DNA of 64,000 bases from assembly GCF_009914755.1 (NCBI RefSeq), contig NC_060942.1, one strand, 5' to 3'. Position numbers and translations under genes: made by a program. Numbering within the stretch: position 1 is the first letter of the stretch; each line of letters opens with the position of its first letter. The DNA is from the human T2T-CHM13v2.0 reference genome, Homo sapiens. Under the pieces are notes generated by a model. The model was not told where the DNA came from and made no database searches. It saw only the letters and a list, made by a program, of their open reading frames with translations. Positions 1 through 17,330 of the stretch are shown here, piece by piece.

Positions 1-47
1 AAAGTGTCCAATGCTTATGAATAACACGAAGGAGACATTGTTAAGCT

Positions 48-53
48 TTTAAT
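48..53 (-). terminator. Probable MC4R polyadenylation signal (ATTAAA)
   Basis: tttaat on + = ATTAAA on minus, ~270 nt after the stop, followed by GT-rich sequence on the minus strand. Consistent with a short 3'UTR. Confidence 0.6.
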
Positions 54-322
54 AAGGACTTTTCTTTTTGTAAATCCACAGTGCCTACAACCTATAACAT
101 AGATTCATATTTTATGGCCAAAAAAGTAGCATGACATTGGAAATAATACAGAGACTGGGCATTTTTTCTCATTAAAAATCATAGGCTTAAATTTACACAA
201 TGGATATTCTCAACCAGTACCCTACACGGAAGAGAAAGCTGTTGCAGAAGTACAATATTCAGGTAGGGTAAGAGTGAAAAAGTCTCTTATGCATGTTCCT
301 ATATTGCGTGCTCTGTCCCCAT

Positions 323-1747
<1,425 letters not shown>

Positions 1748-1900
1748 AGGGGCTGTAGGCGCCAGCTGCTGATTTTTATGATGTGTGGAGAGAAAAAAAA
1801 CATGTTCACGGTGGCTCCTCCTCTGCTTCCTTCTGACCAATCCCAATGCAATGGGAGTCTGTGAGACAGGATTATGTTTCAGAGACACAAATTGCAGGGT
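1748..1900 (-). promoter_or_regulatory. MC4R proximal promoter
   Basis: E-box CAGCTG 1763-1768, TATA-like CATAAAAA (minus) 1773-1780, two CCAAT motifs on + at 1837-1841 and 1843-1847. Confidence 0.7.
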
Positions 1901-2839
1901 GACACAGATTCAGATGCAGAAGCTCCTGAAGTCTGAAGTCGAGAAGCAAGCCGGATAAGAGACTGAATTTCCCTTTTTAAGTTTTCAAGGGAAACAACTT
2001 GATCCCTAGAGGCCATTCTGTGATATCAAAACAAGCTATCTTCAGGCAGCCAGGTTCATTCTTATGTAAAAGACATCATGTGTGTGTGTAAAATGAAATG
2101 GAAAGTATACTGTCTTATGTTCCTGAAACAGATACTCTGCTTTTTGGCTAGGATACTGAATTTATTTACCTTCTTAATTTTTTGTTTTTATTAAGAACCC
2201 AGCCAGTAGTGGTTCAGTTAAAATACCTGAAAAACAGAGAGGATATTTAATGATACAGATAGACATGGTATGGCTGGAAGAACTATGTAGGTAGCTATAA
2301 ATTATGAATGGGTTCAAAAGGGGTTGATTTTAATGCACTAATATCCCATATTTCTCTATTGAGGAGTTTGTGTTATAGCTGAAAAAAGGTGCTTTTTATT
2401 TACAATATTTTAAACTCATACGGCATTAATGTAACTATGCTTACACTGAACTCAGGAAAATAATAAGCTGCATTCTGTTTTTTTTTTTTAAGCAACTTTT
2501 TTTTAAACCTCCAGAGTTTAACGTATCGTAAGTTGAACCGACAAATACCTAGTAACTTTACTTATCAAGCCAAGACTGGTGATACTAGTTAGTTATTGAA
2601 GTTTCTGAATATTTTGCTTAAGGTGGTTTGAAAGATGGCAGCAAAGTTACTTTCCAAATTAACTGAACAACAGATTATACAAAATTTTGTATATTCTTTT
2701 CTTCTATGATTATTTTTGGTTTTAGTGCTCTATAGTTTGTAGCTGCTTATTTCAGGGTTAATTCTGAATCTCAGTTACTTAGGTTGGGAATGTATCCTCT
2801 TTCCTTTTGTGACAGAGACAATACTAAGTATTGTTCCTG

Positions 2840-3110
2840 AGCATTGAGATAAATTAACGTCTTCCATCCACCTTTGGAATTGGGTAGGACCTTATGACTA
2901 AATTCTAGCTAATGGCATGTTGACAGTGGGGCTCATCGCATTAGCTCTTTCATAATTTTACACAAGTTTTCTCTCCTGTCTTTGAAATCTCATGTTACAG
3001 GTGGCAGGACCATATCATGAAAGGAGCCTGTCTCTTGAATGATTGCACAGAGCAGAACTCACACCTCCAACTCCCTTCCCCTGTATTTCTGAATGCCTAA
3101 TCATCTGTAT
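2840..3110 (+). mobile_element. Degraded MaLR LTR fragment (MLT1-like)
   Basis: ggaccttatgactaaattctagctaatggcatg resembles the MLT1 core. Confidence 0.35.
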
Positions 3111-3524
3111 ATTGTAAAATGCTGGAATGGGCTTTCCTGAACATCATGAGCTGGAAATAATCTTACCTTCCTCTTGCCTTATTTTTTCTCTTTTTAAAAA
3201 TTGACATATAATTCACATACCAAAAAAAATCACCTCTTTAGTAATTAAATGGATTTTTGGGGGAATATATTCACAGAGTTGTGCCATAATCATCACTTTC
3301 TATTTCTAAAACATTTTCATTATCCCATTAGCAGTTGCTCCCCATTTTACCCTTTCCTTATCCTCTAGGAACTGCTAATCTACTTTCTGTCTCTATCAAT
3401 GTGCCTATTTTAGACATTTTATATGATTGAAATAATGCAATATGTGGCCTTTTGTGGCTCACTGTTTTCATGTAGCATAATATTTTCAAGGTTTGCTTAC
3501 ACTATAATGTGAATCAGAATTTGA

Positions 3525-4153
<629 letters not shown>

Positions 4154-4839
4154 TGTATACATTATATTTTTAAATGTATTCATCAGTTGAGGAACATTTG
4201 GGTTATTTCCAGTTTTGGCTATCACGAATTATGCTGCTAGGAATATTTATGGACAAATTCTTATGTGACAGATGATTTCAATTCTTTTGGATACACAACC
4301 AGGAATGGAATTGCTGAATCATATGATAACTCTGTTTCTTGTTTTGAGGAACTGCCAAACTGTTTTCTGAAGTGGCTGCACCATTTGACATTTCCAGTTA
4401 GCAATGTATGAGGGTTCAAATCTCTTCACATTCTTGCTAGCACTTGCTATTGTCCATCTTTTTTATTTTAGCCATCATAAGGATATGAAGTGAACTCTCA
4501 TTATACTTTTGATTTTCATTTCCCTAATGCCTAATGATACTGAAGATGATTTTACATCCTTACCAGTTACTTGTGTAATAATCTTTGGAGAAATGCCTAT
4601 TCAAATCCTTTGCTCATTTTTAATTGGATTTTTTTAAATTATTGAGTTGTAGTGGCTCTTTACATATTCTGGGTACTTTTGCCATTTCAATTATTGATAG
4701 TGTTCTTGAAACCACAAACCTTTTAATTACGATGATGTTAAATTTATCAAATTTTTTTGGTTGCCTGAGCTTTTGGGATCATATTTAAAAAAGGATTGCC
4801 TAACCCATGGTTATTAAAGTTTACACTTATATTTTGATA

Positions 4840-6130
4840 TCTTCTGTTTGATGAGAAATTGTTCTCATAATTTCCTTTAATTTTTACGTATAGTTTTCGC
4901 TAATCCTTTGAACATGTTTGAACTGATTTAAAGGCTTTATATATTAAGTGCAACATCTAGACTTCCCCAGGAATAATTTCTGCTGACTTCCTTTTCCTAA
5001 TGTGTATGGGCTATATTTTCTTATTTATTTGCCTGCATTTTATTTATTCATTTTTGTTAGAAACGGGGAATTTTGAATAACACAATCCAGCAACCCTGAA
5101 AATCAGATTTTCTCTCTTACCCAGGGTTTGTTGTTGTTGTTGTTTGTTATTGTTGTTGTTCAGTAATTTTTCTTAAATAATTCTAGAATGTCTGTATTCT
5201 TTGTCTTGTATGATCAATGAGGTCTCTGCTCTGATAGCTTATTGGTCAGCTGATAAGTGGACAGAGATTTCCTTAGATGTCAGGAACTAACATCTCCCCT
5301 AGTCATTGCTGAGAGACTCTGTGTCCATGATGGGCATGCCTTTGACACTTAGCCAGGCACTGGGCAACTCTGCCTTGGCCTTACCTTCTGCTTACACACA
5401 GCCACAAAGGTCAGCCAGAGGTGAGAAGTCAAGACCTTCTTAGTTTTTGTTGTTGTTGTTGTTGTTTCTGATCATAAGCACAGTCCTGCATGTTTGTACG
5501 GCTTTCTAGATTCTCAGGAATATATTAGAGTTTTAATAAATTCCTATGGACATCTCATTTTCTTGAGCTTTTTCTTTTAGGCTTTTTGAATAGCTGATTT
5601 TTTTTCGCCAACTTCTATCCATTGCCTTAGGCAGCCATGATGTTAAGCAGTTGTTCTGATTGTTTCCAACAAATGTCCCTGAGGAAAAGACTGTTCTCCG
5701 TGGGTGAGTTCTGAGTTAGGTCAAATAAGAAACCCCTGCAAGTAGAGTTTGTCAGGAAACCAACAGATAGGTCAAAATAATGATGGCATCTCTGGTAACG
5801 GGAATGGAGCTTTGAAGAAGATCCAACCCCATTTTGCACCCTCCATTTCCTGCTAGACTGATGCTTTTAAACATTTTTATAGGATGTTAGTTGTCAAAGC
5901 TACTGCAGAGCTGGTGAGTTTGGAATGGGAAAATATGTCTAGTTAAAATGCTGCAAGTTTCACTCTTCTTACTTCAATTTAGCCATTTTCCTGAATAAAT
6001 TTACCTTGGGTTATTTGAAGTATTGGTCAATTTTCAGAGTTCTGAAAGTGTTAATCCTGACAAGCTTTGCAAGTGCTCTAGTTGTTTTAACCGATGAGAG
6101 AATTTTCAATCATCCTGATGCTCTCATTTC
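4840..6130 (-). mobile_element. Old L1M 5'-region fragment with (GTT)n microsatellites
   Basis: Resembles antisense L1M 5' end (gtggacagagatttcctt, caaaggtcagccagaggtgagaag). GTT runs at ~5128-5160 and 5448-5466. Confidence 0.5.
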
Positions 6131-7036
6131 CACTCTCATCTTCCATCTATTGCCTTTTATCTGAAAAAAGATTAAATTATATTAGATTCATCTATGGCAA
6201 TTTTCTTCCTTAACAGACTATCTAATAAATGATCAAATAGTTATTTCATACTTATTCTAAATCCTATATAAACATTGCATATAAAAACAGAATAAAAGAA
6301 CTGGTTAAAAACTTGAATAAAATAAAAATGTTAATTTAGAAATAATAGGTGAAATTAGTAATAAAGAACAAAATTAATTACTCCCTTAAAATTTTTTTCC
6401 CATAAAAATGTTTTATTTATGAACAAAAGGATCACACTGAAGTCCCAGAAAATTACATACCCTCAACATCAAAAATTTAATCACTGGGTGTAGATTTATA
6501 AGATCTTTATTGTAAGGTTAATTGTGCTGAAAAGTTGATCTCGAATATGGTATTTTATTTGTCCGCCATGGTTCATATTTCTCTACGAGCCAGAAGAAAT
6601 ACAACCAGTAATATTAGACACATTGATAGTATTTTTGAAAATTTATTTCAGATTTCTTTTGTAATCCTCACAAAATTGAATTAGAGCATAATTTATTTCT
6701 GTTCTGAGAGAAAAATCTTGTTTTATATTTTATAACAATAAATGTGAAACATTAATATAGAAAAATGTTTACCAAACTATGATACATGGAACACTGTTTT
6801 TAGTTGTTAAGAGTTTTTCCACCACAAAATATTAATGAAAGGGAATGCTCTAATGTCAAATAATTTTTAAAATATTGCAAACTCATTGCCCTCTTGAAGT
6901 TTCAGAGTTTACATCAGCAAACAAAGTTTCAGAAATTGCCTAATACAAAAATAAACATTGCTTAACCCCCATATTTCTTGAACTTGTTGGAACATAGAAC
7001 CCTCCTTCTTCCACTTTTATTTTCAAGTACCTATTA

Positions 7037-7639
7037 CACTCATTTCTGTTATAATGCTTGTTTTGAAATGTAAATTTGTTCCAAACTTAATTCATATATC
7101 AGGGAACATTTTGAGCATAGGATAAATTGTGTATTTTTGCCCAGTTTTGTCTAAGAGAGACGGTAGTTGAATGGGGAAAAGTGCATCTGGTTGAACCAAG
7201 ACACGGGAGCATGCAAAACACACACACCTCAAACAATACAGCTCACTGAGTGTCAGGAGGCACAGCCATCCACAAGTGGTGTTAGAATTTCTTGTGAGAA
7301 TTTACATAATCATCCTTCTATCACTTTATAACTCATAAGCTACAACCCTTCTGAAACTGACTTCCACAAGCTAACTGCAGATTTTTTAAGTGCTGTATGT
7401 ATTGCAGGTTTATGTATTTTTAACTATTAGGCATGCTCCTGTTTTAACTATAAGACAATGGGCCTGGTTTTATTGGGTTCTTTTTTTAAAATGTATCACT
7501 GATAAAGTTTTTGAGTTTTATGTGCCTAGTGCCATTTTTTCCGTAAGCTCTGTTGTTTTTATTTTTATTTTTTGCATGATTTTTCATAGCACACTGATTT
7601 TTAAGGAACATATATATTATGTTACAGCAGAACTAAATG
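7037..7639 (+). mobile_element. MER82 (TcMar-Tigger) non-autonomous DNA transposon, nested in an older hAT-like remnant
   Basis: Imperfect TIRs cactcatttctgttataa / ttacagcagaactaaatg, TA on both sides, MER82-like start (ttgttccaa...atatcagggaacattttgagcata). Confidence 0.7.
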
Positions 7640-9159
7640 TAACTATAATTTGGAATTTATATTCACTGAATCACAATTTGGGAAACATTGACCAAATTAT
7701 TCTGACTATAAAAATTCTGCTCACTTAAAAATGGGTAATAATTACCTTATGAAATATAATCCTAATTTATTAAAATGTAGCTCCTATGTCTATAGGCTGA
7801 TGCTTACATGTCTCCTAGTTTGCATAATTGCTGTCCGTATATAGAATGTCCCATTAAAATGTATATCATTAGGTACTGATACTTAACATATGAACATTTT
7901 ATACCCCATTATAAGATAAACACAATTTTTCTCATTATGATGTTTAACATATATTTTAGAGAAAAATTATATAAAATATGATAAAATACTTTTGTTGAAG
8001 CCCATATTTATTATTTTTAATATAAAATAACTATGGTTCTCTAAGGAATTAATTATATAACTCCTTTGTTTCTAAATATTTTACATTAAACAACACTAAG
8101 ATCACATAATTTTATTAAAATATCTTTAATCCTAATGAAATATTACTAATTTGTTTATAAACTTGACACTATGAAATATGATTTTATCTTAAAATTTTAG
8201 AAAATTTAGCATTTCAGCATTTCCTTCCTATTTAGCTTATAGCAAGATTCATTGTGCAGTTTTGCTATGGCTGTCTTAAACTCCTCTCTAGTCAGCTTAA
8301 TTTTCCTTTTTTCTTTCACTCTTTCTATCAACCAGTATTTTACTGAGCACCTACTATGTTCCCAATATGGAGGCAAACAAGATATATGTGCTCTGTCATG
8401 GAGGAACTGCAGTGTAGATACCATCAAAATGCGGAGTCTTAATGCAGAACTCAGGCTGCAAGGGAGTCTAGGCCTAATTAGTTGTAAGCTAATAATTCCT
8501 ACATTCGTGATCAGTGATATAACAGCCATCAGTTCAAGAAATCTCTGCTCAACTGAGTCTTAACTTATTACTGGGGGGGGGGGATTTTATTTAGATAAAT
8601 ATTGGAGAATTTAACTGTGTAAAAGAGGTAAAGAGGGCTAGAATTCAAGGCAGAGGGAATAATTTCCACAAATTCTGGTTGTATAATATGATATTTCAAA
8701 TTTGGGGCATAGCAAATATTTTGGAATGGGTGGAGTACACAAAGAAGAGACATAGGAAATGAGTGGAGATGTCAGCAAGCAACAGGTTATCTAAGGCTTT
8801 GCACATCATGCCAGAGTGCCAGGGGCCCAGGACATTCCTTCCAAACCTTGAATGCGTCCTACATTGCCTTTCGGATAAACAGCCTTGAGACTGAAGGAGG
8901 AATATAACATTTACACTTTAGGAAAAGCACTGCATGGAATTATGAAGGGTAAAAGTGAAGAGTTAATATACTCTTTGACACTACCAAGATACCATTTCAG
9001 AAGCCCAAATAAGAGTTTGTGAAGGCTTGAGGTAAGCCAGTAACAGCTTAGGTAAGAACAAGACTATTTATCCATCAACTGAATGAGGAAGAGAAAGGAC
9101 TCTTCAACGCCCTCTACTTTTTGGCTTGGGCGAATTGGTTATGTTGGTGCCATTAAGTT

Positions 9160-9635
9160 AGCAGGTACACAGGCTGGCTCTCTTAATCTCCATTTGGATC
9201 TGTTTCAGTTTGGAGTTTAGAAAGCTAAAATCTATATTGCCTAGGGTCCTTTGCAGCCTGAGTTTTGTAGGTGAATTAATTTTTCCCAGTTAGATACAGT
9301 CTTCATAGACTTGTTAATAAGTGAGGCAGAAGTCATCTTCTTGCAGCCATGGTAGCTGGCTAACAGGTTCTGGCAGACGTAGGCTTTGGCATTAGGCAAC
9401 TCCACTTTTATGTATCTGGTTACCCTCTTTATGTATCAGGGATAGCAGTACCAATGGCAGCTTTCTGATCTGCAGATCACAGCCCAGGTGCTATAAAATT
9501 GGAATGAAATAAAATCGTTGAAGGTCTACAACCATCCCCAAATTTATAAGCACCTTTATTTCCTGTATAAAGTCCCCTTCTACTTGATATGCTGAGAACA
9601 TATCTGTTTTCTGTATTGAATCCTGATTGTTATAT
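9160..9635 (+). mobile_element. LTR33-like ERVL LTR within L2 remnants
   Basis: gaaagctaaaatctatattgcctagggtcctttgcagcctgag...gtgaggcagaagtcatcttc matches recalled LTR33. Confidence 0.55.
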
Positions 9636-9767
9636 GCAGTCAAAGAATATTGAAAGAGAAATTTATTAAGAGATAAAGCACATTTAGTTTTTGAAATTTT
9701 GAATTTGCAGTGTTTTTGCCATCTCTAAATGAACATATCTATTTAGCAAAACTAGATGTAGAGGTCA

Positions 9768-10259
<492 letters not shown>

Positions 10260-10293
10260 TCAGTTTGTGGTTGTATAATATGGAGTTGTATAA

Positions 10294-10455
10294 TAAGGTT
10301 CAGTTTGTTGTTGTAATTTCATGCATCTTTCACTAGTCTTTTATAGTTTACTTCATACAGATTCTACCCACATTCTGTTAGACTTGTACTTATATATTAC
10401 TCTTTTGGTGTTATTGCATTTAGAACTGGTCCTTGGGCAGGGCGTAGTGGCTCAC
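10294..10455 (+). repeat. ~160 bp direct copy of 11301-11463
   Basis: Visually aligned, ~90% identical, ends in the first 20 nt of the downstream Alu. Confidence 0.9.
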
Positions 10456-11443
10456 TGTGTTAGTGCGTGTCTTTTCAGAAGAGGATACCAAAATGGGATT
10501 AAGCATGTAAGATTTAACTAATAAAATAACGGTGAAGAAGAAAATGAGGAGCCAGGACAAGCTAAAAGAAAAAAAAAACTTGTCAAATCATGAAATGAAC
10601 TTGCCCCTGAGTGGAGAGAGGGAAGAAAGGGTGGAGGGAAGCGTCCTAGACCTCCTATAAAGTCTAAGGAAGGTTGGCATGACTGCTGGGGAGCACTCAA
10701 ACTAAAGCTGGCTTTCAGATGGGTCCCGCGTCTCCCTGTAATAGACCTGATTTGGTATCCCTGCTGCACAGTTATTGTCTGGAAGCAGCCTGGGGGAAGA
10801 ATAAGTATGCTACTGTTGAACATTTCTCCCAGGATCTTGAGTACAAGAATAGTGGAAATAAGGAACGAAGAGTGTTTATGTAATTCCCTCCTGCCTCCCT
10901 TACCCTGGAATAATGTCATCTCAAATGACAAATCCTTTCTTGCCTTTAGCATTTAGTGTTCTCTCACACAACTACCCTACCCCAGCAGAGTACAATAAAT
11001 GTTGCCTGAACTCTTCTCCTCAGCACTTTATTGCATGACTGTGCCATAATGATTACTCTTTTGTCATTTGTTGCTTGTATATCTGTCCTCCTGAAAGGCG
11101 TATGACTTTTTCCAAGTCAAGGACCAGTTACTATTCTTAGGATGTTTTCAGTAATCCACAGTGTTTTACAAAATTAAGAAAAGACAGGAGAAAAATAGAG
11201 TTTTCCAACCTTGATTGATTGTTGGATGGATGAATTATAATTTCTAATTTCTATATTTCTTTATCATATTTTAAAAATTTATTTTGAAGTTTACCTACAG
11301 TAAGATTCAGTTTTTGGTTGTAATTTCATGCATCTTTCATCAGTCTTTTATAGTTTACATCATAGAGATTCTACCCACATTCTGTTAGACTTGCATTTAT
11401 ATATTTACTTTTTTGGTGTTACTGCATTTAGAATTGGTCCTTG

Positions 11444-11780
<337 letters not shown>

Positions 11781-12654
11781 TTATTTCTTCATAAATGTTG
11801 GCAGAATTCACCAGCAAAAACTTCTGGGTCTGGAGTTTTTGTTGTTGTTGGAAAGCAGTTAAATATAAATTTAATGTATTTAATATGTATGCATCATACG
11901 ATTCAGTTTATTTTTTTCTTGAGTGAGTTTTGGTAGTTTCTGTCTTTAGATAATTGATCTATATTATCTAAGATTTTGCTAAGATCATTCTTATTTTGTT
12001 AAATGAAAACTATGTTATTGATGTCCACTTATTTATACTCACACAATTTTAATTTAGATAGGAGTTTAAAGATTTTCTAGACTAATTTTATTATTTTAAA
12101 AATAAATTTTTAAGTAACAAAGAAATTATGTTAGTTGTCCCAGTTCATACTCCAAATGAATGTGATAGTTAGAATTACAGTACTGTTTCTGTGATTCCAG
12201 CTATATTTCACTCCCTTTAATTATATTGCACTCATATTAGTTCAGAGATCTGTCTTACTCGTATATGAAATCAATCTGCAACAGTAATCTAATCCTCCAA
12301 ATTCTCAAGCAAGGTCCAACTATCTCTGAATATCACAAATGAAAACCTCTTAAATAAAGGAGCAAGGTGGAAAAACTTTGAGGAAAATAAACTTTCAATC
12401 AGCAGTACCTTGGAGAGATCAGCCTTTCTGTATAAACTCTTGGTTCTTGTTTTCTGAAATCAGTGTGGTCACTGATTTTTGTGTGTGTCTGTTTTGTTCA
12501 CAGTACCATTACTGATCAAAATCGGACATACAAATATAGACATATAATTTCCACTAGATTAGCACATTCTCAGTAATCCTGATCACACTTAAAAATAAAA
12601 TAACATACTGCTAGTTAGGTCTGTCAAAATAACTGTGTGTATGTATAAAAAAAT

Positions 12655-12810
12655 GTAACTGATTGTCTCAATTTCATCTCCACAACGTTAGGATAATCAT
12701 CATCATCGCATCAAAGGGTTACTGTAAGAATTAAATGAGCTAATATGTATGAAGCACTTTGACTTGTGCCTTGCACAGAGTAAATATTATACAAGAAGTA
12801 GCTATATTTA
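12655..12810 (+). mobile_element. MIR
   Basis: tctcaatttcatctcc...gtaagaattaaatgagctaatatgtatgaagcactt MIR core. Confidence 0.7.
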
Positions 12811-14239
12811 TTTATATTTTTCTAAAACTATGTTTATGCTACTAAATAGTTATCTGGAGTTTACCTGGGAATTGCATATTCTTTTCAGGATTCACGTTTT
12901 TTGGCACACTTAGATTATGGGAGCAGTTTTAAAAAATATTTTTGGTTATGAAATCCAATTTCTTATCCATGTAAGCACTGAAACAATTCCTCTTTATGTG
13001 CGAACACTCAGTGATACTTCACATACCATTAAGCTTCTATTCTCAGCACAGCTAGCTCAGAGTGGCACTGTTTAATCACTTTATACTAAATAACATGTAG
13101 GTTACAATTAGCCACCCAGTGGGCTCATTTGCTTATATATAAATGGAGTCTTGTAATCAAAATCTGGAGATGAGTCCTCCTTTGTAAGGAACCTGATGTG
13201 GTCTTTGTACCAATTAGTCACTTTTGAGAAAACCTAGTTCTTGCTCTTTGATGAATTTTCCTTAAATATGGGGTGTGGGAAAAGAAGAGTAGGATATTTA
13301 AAATCTTGTCTTGCCTTGGTAGGGAAAGACATTATGGTAGGGTGCCTTGTTTTATTAAGTTTCCTCCAGTAAATATTCAAAAAAACTAATATATACTTAA
13401 AGTCATAAGTTTCTATGTGCAGTGAATACATTCTCAAAGCTTTCTCATAAATCTAAACTTCAAAATTTTCATTTGTTTTTAATTGAGTCTTCTGCCATTA
13501 TCTACTACAACATTTATGTTAATAATCTGTGCTTAGACATTATAGGTAAATCTCTACATAGATAAAACTATAACAAATTTATAATAAAACCTAGTATTTC
13601 TCCATTCCTGATTTTATAAATTTGGATTTTCTTGTATAGCCTGCCTCTGACCATGCCTGTGCTGTTTCAACTGTTTTTGAGTACATCTGGTGAAATATAG
13701 TTGATGGTTTTGTACAATAGCACACACAAGGCTCTTGGATTTTCCTATGACTTGAAAAATGAGAGATTATGCACATTTTTTGCACTTTAATTGATCTTTT
13801 ATAATAGGAAAGAGAAGCGTGAAGTCATATCCTGTAAATAGTGAGTTTTGCCATTTCATGGATTTGAGACTCCATCAGATGTCCTGCAACATCTAACAAA
13901 CACATCTTGCACTTTCTTTTATAAATTATTTGTATTCAAGTTGCATTTGTGTTTGGCAAGAACCTGTTCAATTTGTTTTTTAAAATATCAAAAGGGAAGT
14001 TAAGGATGTGTGATGTTTCTTCTCTTGCTTGAGCTCGGTATGTGTCTGACTGTGTATCCTTCACTGGAGAGAGAAGGTGGTATTGCCCATAATCCCTTAA
14101 GCCAGGTGTCTGCCTGGATGAAGAAAAAATGGTGATAGCATTTTGGTTTGTCGCAAGGTATGAGATGTCAGAGATGACCACATCTGAGTTCGTGTGTGTG
14201 AGGCACCTGGAGACTGCAGAACATTGGGTCCTTACTGCC

Positions 14240-14790
14240 TCCCATATATTTTTTTCAAGCAAGCTATTTAGTAGCAAGGAAGAATGAAGTCTACTCAAAT
14301 TACTTCAAGTGCAAGGGTTTAATTGTGAGGCTCTATTAAGGGTTGAACTTCTGTTCTAGGGACCAAGCACAGCCTCTTCAATCTGTTCCATGTGATGCCA
14401 TGGCTTTTTTTTCTCTCTATTCTCCATTTTCATCTTTGTTTTTTTCTGTCTAGGCTCCTCATCCTGCACCTCTACCTTCCGTAGAAACTAACTTCAGCCT
14501 TCCCTGGATTCCTCATGACCTCAACACTACCTTACAGAAACTGCATGTTCAGCACCCACTGCTAACCTTTAGGTTTATTCTGTGTTTCAGTTCAAATATC
14601 TGAGAGAGTATTGAATGCCACAGCACATCACAGGCCACAAGCCAGCACATGGAGTAGCCCTTCTCATGTTAGGTATCATCTCCACATCCTGTCAGCTGTG
14701 ATGGCCACAAGGGCAAAGTGATTCAACATAGGTTTCCATGAGCAGGAATGGTGGTGGCCTGGATAGCCTCACCTAAAGGGGATGGTTGTT
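14240..14790 (-). mobile_element. Degraded MLT1-like MaLR LTR
   Basis: gcaaggaagaatgaagtctactcaaattacttcaagtgcaaggg resembles an antisense MLT1 3' end. Confidence 0.4.
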
Positions 14791-16376
14791 GGGGGCAGGT
14801 TCCATGATTGGAGCTTAGTACACAGTCTCTGCTGGGCCCTCTTTTGGTCATTACGCAACTTGTTCAAAAGGCAAGAAAGGGAGTTTTGTCTCGTTTTGGG
14901 CTATGATTTTAAATAAGAAATGGCTTCACCGTGGAAGTCTACTTAGCTGTCAAAATGATAACCTGAGACAAGAACCGCAGGGAAAGTTAATCTCAGCATG
15001 TTACAGTGCAGGTGGCTAGGTCACACCCGTGTTCCTACCTGCAGTTTCTTTTTCTTAGGGACCTTGGTTCCGTATTATTTTTAAAAAACGTCTGTATACC
15101 TTCAAAGTGGATTACTACTACAATTCCTTTTGACCTTTTGCACTCTTGGATTCTGTTCGTAAGAGCGAGCCAAAGTGTGGCCACAGATAATGTGAATGTT
15201 TTAATTGCCAACTCAGAGATGAAATAAGGCCTAAAATAGCAGTCTATTCCAGAATAGTTGTTAAATCATGTACTAATCCTAATCAAAATGGGGATCTTTA
15301 AAAATCAAAAATTTGATAATGAAATGTTCTATGTCTTCTTTCACCCCAAGAAGCAATATAGTTTTGTGACAATTTTAGATTAGTACATTTTATAACTCCT
15401 TCCAAATATCTGTTAAAGTGTTAGGACAATATGTCCTTTCGCTTAAAATGTACATTGCAAAAATTTATCATAGATACAATGTTTTCCATGCAGACTCAAT
15501 TAAAGTGTCTTCTATTGGTATATCATTTGTTTGCAAAGATGGAAAATGTGGCCAATAATGATTTGGAAATGTAAACTAAGGCCTAAGATGTGGGCAGATT
15601 GGATTCTGAGAAAATATGCCGCAAACCTGCTTGAAATCTTTTAGATGCAGAGTAGATTTTCCCTCTACCCACACTTAGGATAGTCATCTTACAAGCATTT
15701 TTAACAGCTTCTTCTCTCCATCTGCAGGAGTCTTTCTACTTAGTGCATGTATGTCTTTGAAACAGATCTGACTGGAAAAGTAATAATGATTGCACTTCTG
15801 AGGAGAATTTCCAGGTACACAGTGTCTCAACATTTTAGCAGAGTTTCAAACTATAGCATCAGAAGTACAAAGCTACAAACATACAAAAAATCATTTGAGA
15901 GGTTTAGATTTCTTTTATACATATTTCTTTAGTGAATTTTTAATAATTTTTTTTCATTGTTTACCATCTTCAAAAAGGACTAACACAGAAATTAAAATTA
16001 AAAATCAAATATAGTTAAGTATTTTCCTCCTTTGAAAATAGGTAAATAGTTCCTTAATAGTATCTTCATTTATTAAATTAAGAGATTGTATATGTTTAGA
16101 GAACATGAGACTCTGAAATTAATTAGAATGATTATTTTGTCCTGTTTACTAGAACATATTTGGGTTATTATTTATCCTAATAATTTTCATCTGTTTTAAA
16201 TTTAAAACATAACACACTATTTTCAGATAATTTTACTTAGGTATAGGAAAGCCCAAATGATCTTTGGCAAAGATCTTTAAAATTTAGAGAAAAAAATTAC
16301 ATCTTTTATAGGGAATCAAAGGGAGAAAATAATAGCGTATCTATTGCAATTATCTGTCTCTCCGTAAGCCATCTAC

Positions 16377-17330
16377 CCACTCATTCATTTATTCATTTAC
16401 TCACTATTTACTAAGTGTCTATGCTATACTAGGCATCATGCTAGTACCCTTAAGAGAAACAAGTAAATAAGTTAACAGTTTTTCTTTCAAGCTGTTTGTA
16501 TACTAGTATAAACAAGTAGGCCCCAATAAAGTAATGTGGAAATTCAGAGAAAGATACTTAACAGAGATATTAAGAGAGTACCATGTGTGAATATGTAACC
16601 CAGCTCAGGAGGGATCACAGAGGGCTTCCCTAGGAGATAATACCTGCACCAAATCTTAAACCTTAAGTAAGAATAAGTAATATGGAAGAAAAGAAAGATG
16701 GGGATTTCAGACCCAGGGAAAAACTTTAGCAATGGTCAGTGGTATGGAAGTAAGAAACAGCATGGGATGTAGTGGATATGAGTCACATAAGGATTATTAG
16801 AATATAAAGTAAGAGTCAGAAAGTGGGAGGAGAGGGGAATTAGTTTGGCATAAATCTTATAGAAGACTTTTCTGAAGATGTTTGACTTTATTCTAAAAGG
16901 ATAGATAAAATTTAAAATAATGTTAGATGCTAGATAAGCAACAAGAACTTGATATTGAACATTGGTAATAGGACTGTAGATGAAAAGATATTTTTTCATG
17001 TAAGTAGTAATAAAATGAAATTTGCAACATGGTGATTTATTGGATTTTAAGAGTAAATAGAGGAAGGAGTCAGGAATAAGTTCATTTTCTATCTTGGCCT
17101 GCTATATGATTAGATGTGCCATCACTCTACAGTGCTAACAATGTAAGAAAAGATTACTGATTCAGTTCTGGACATTATAAGTTTTTTGCAGAGACAGAGA
17201 AGGCTAAAAGCCAGTTAATTATATGTCTATCAAGAGGTGAAGTCTGACCTATAGACTTGAGAGCCAATAGATTGGTGATTTTGCCTATAGATTGCATAAA
17301 TTGAGGGAGCGAGCACGCAGGTAATGGAAG
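16377..17330 (-). mobile_element. L2 3' region
   Basis: cattcatttattcatttactcactatttactaagtgtctatgctatactaggca L2 tail followed by purine-rich L2 body. Confidence 0.75.

Noticed and set aside
8573-8583. G11 run as a G-quadruplex element
   Set aside because: Isolated homopolymer with no supporting context.
14850-14860. attacgcaac PAR-bZIP/CEBP-like site
   Set aside because: A single motif, expected by chance in 64 kb without conservation data.
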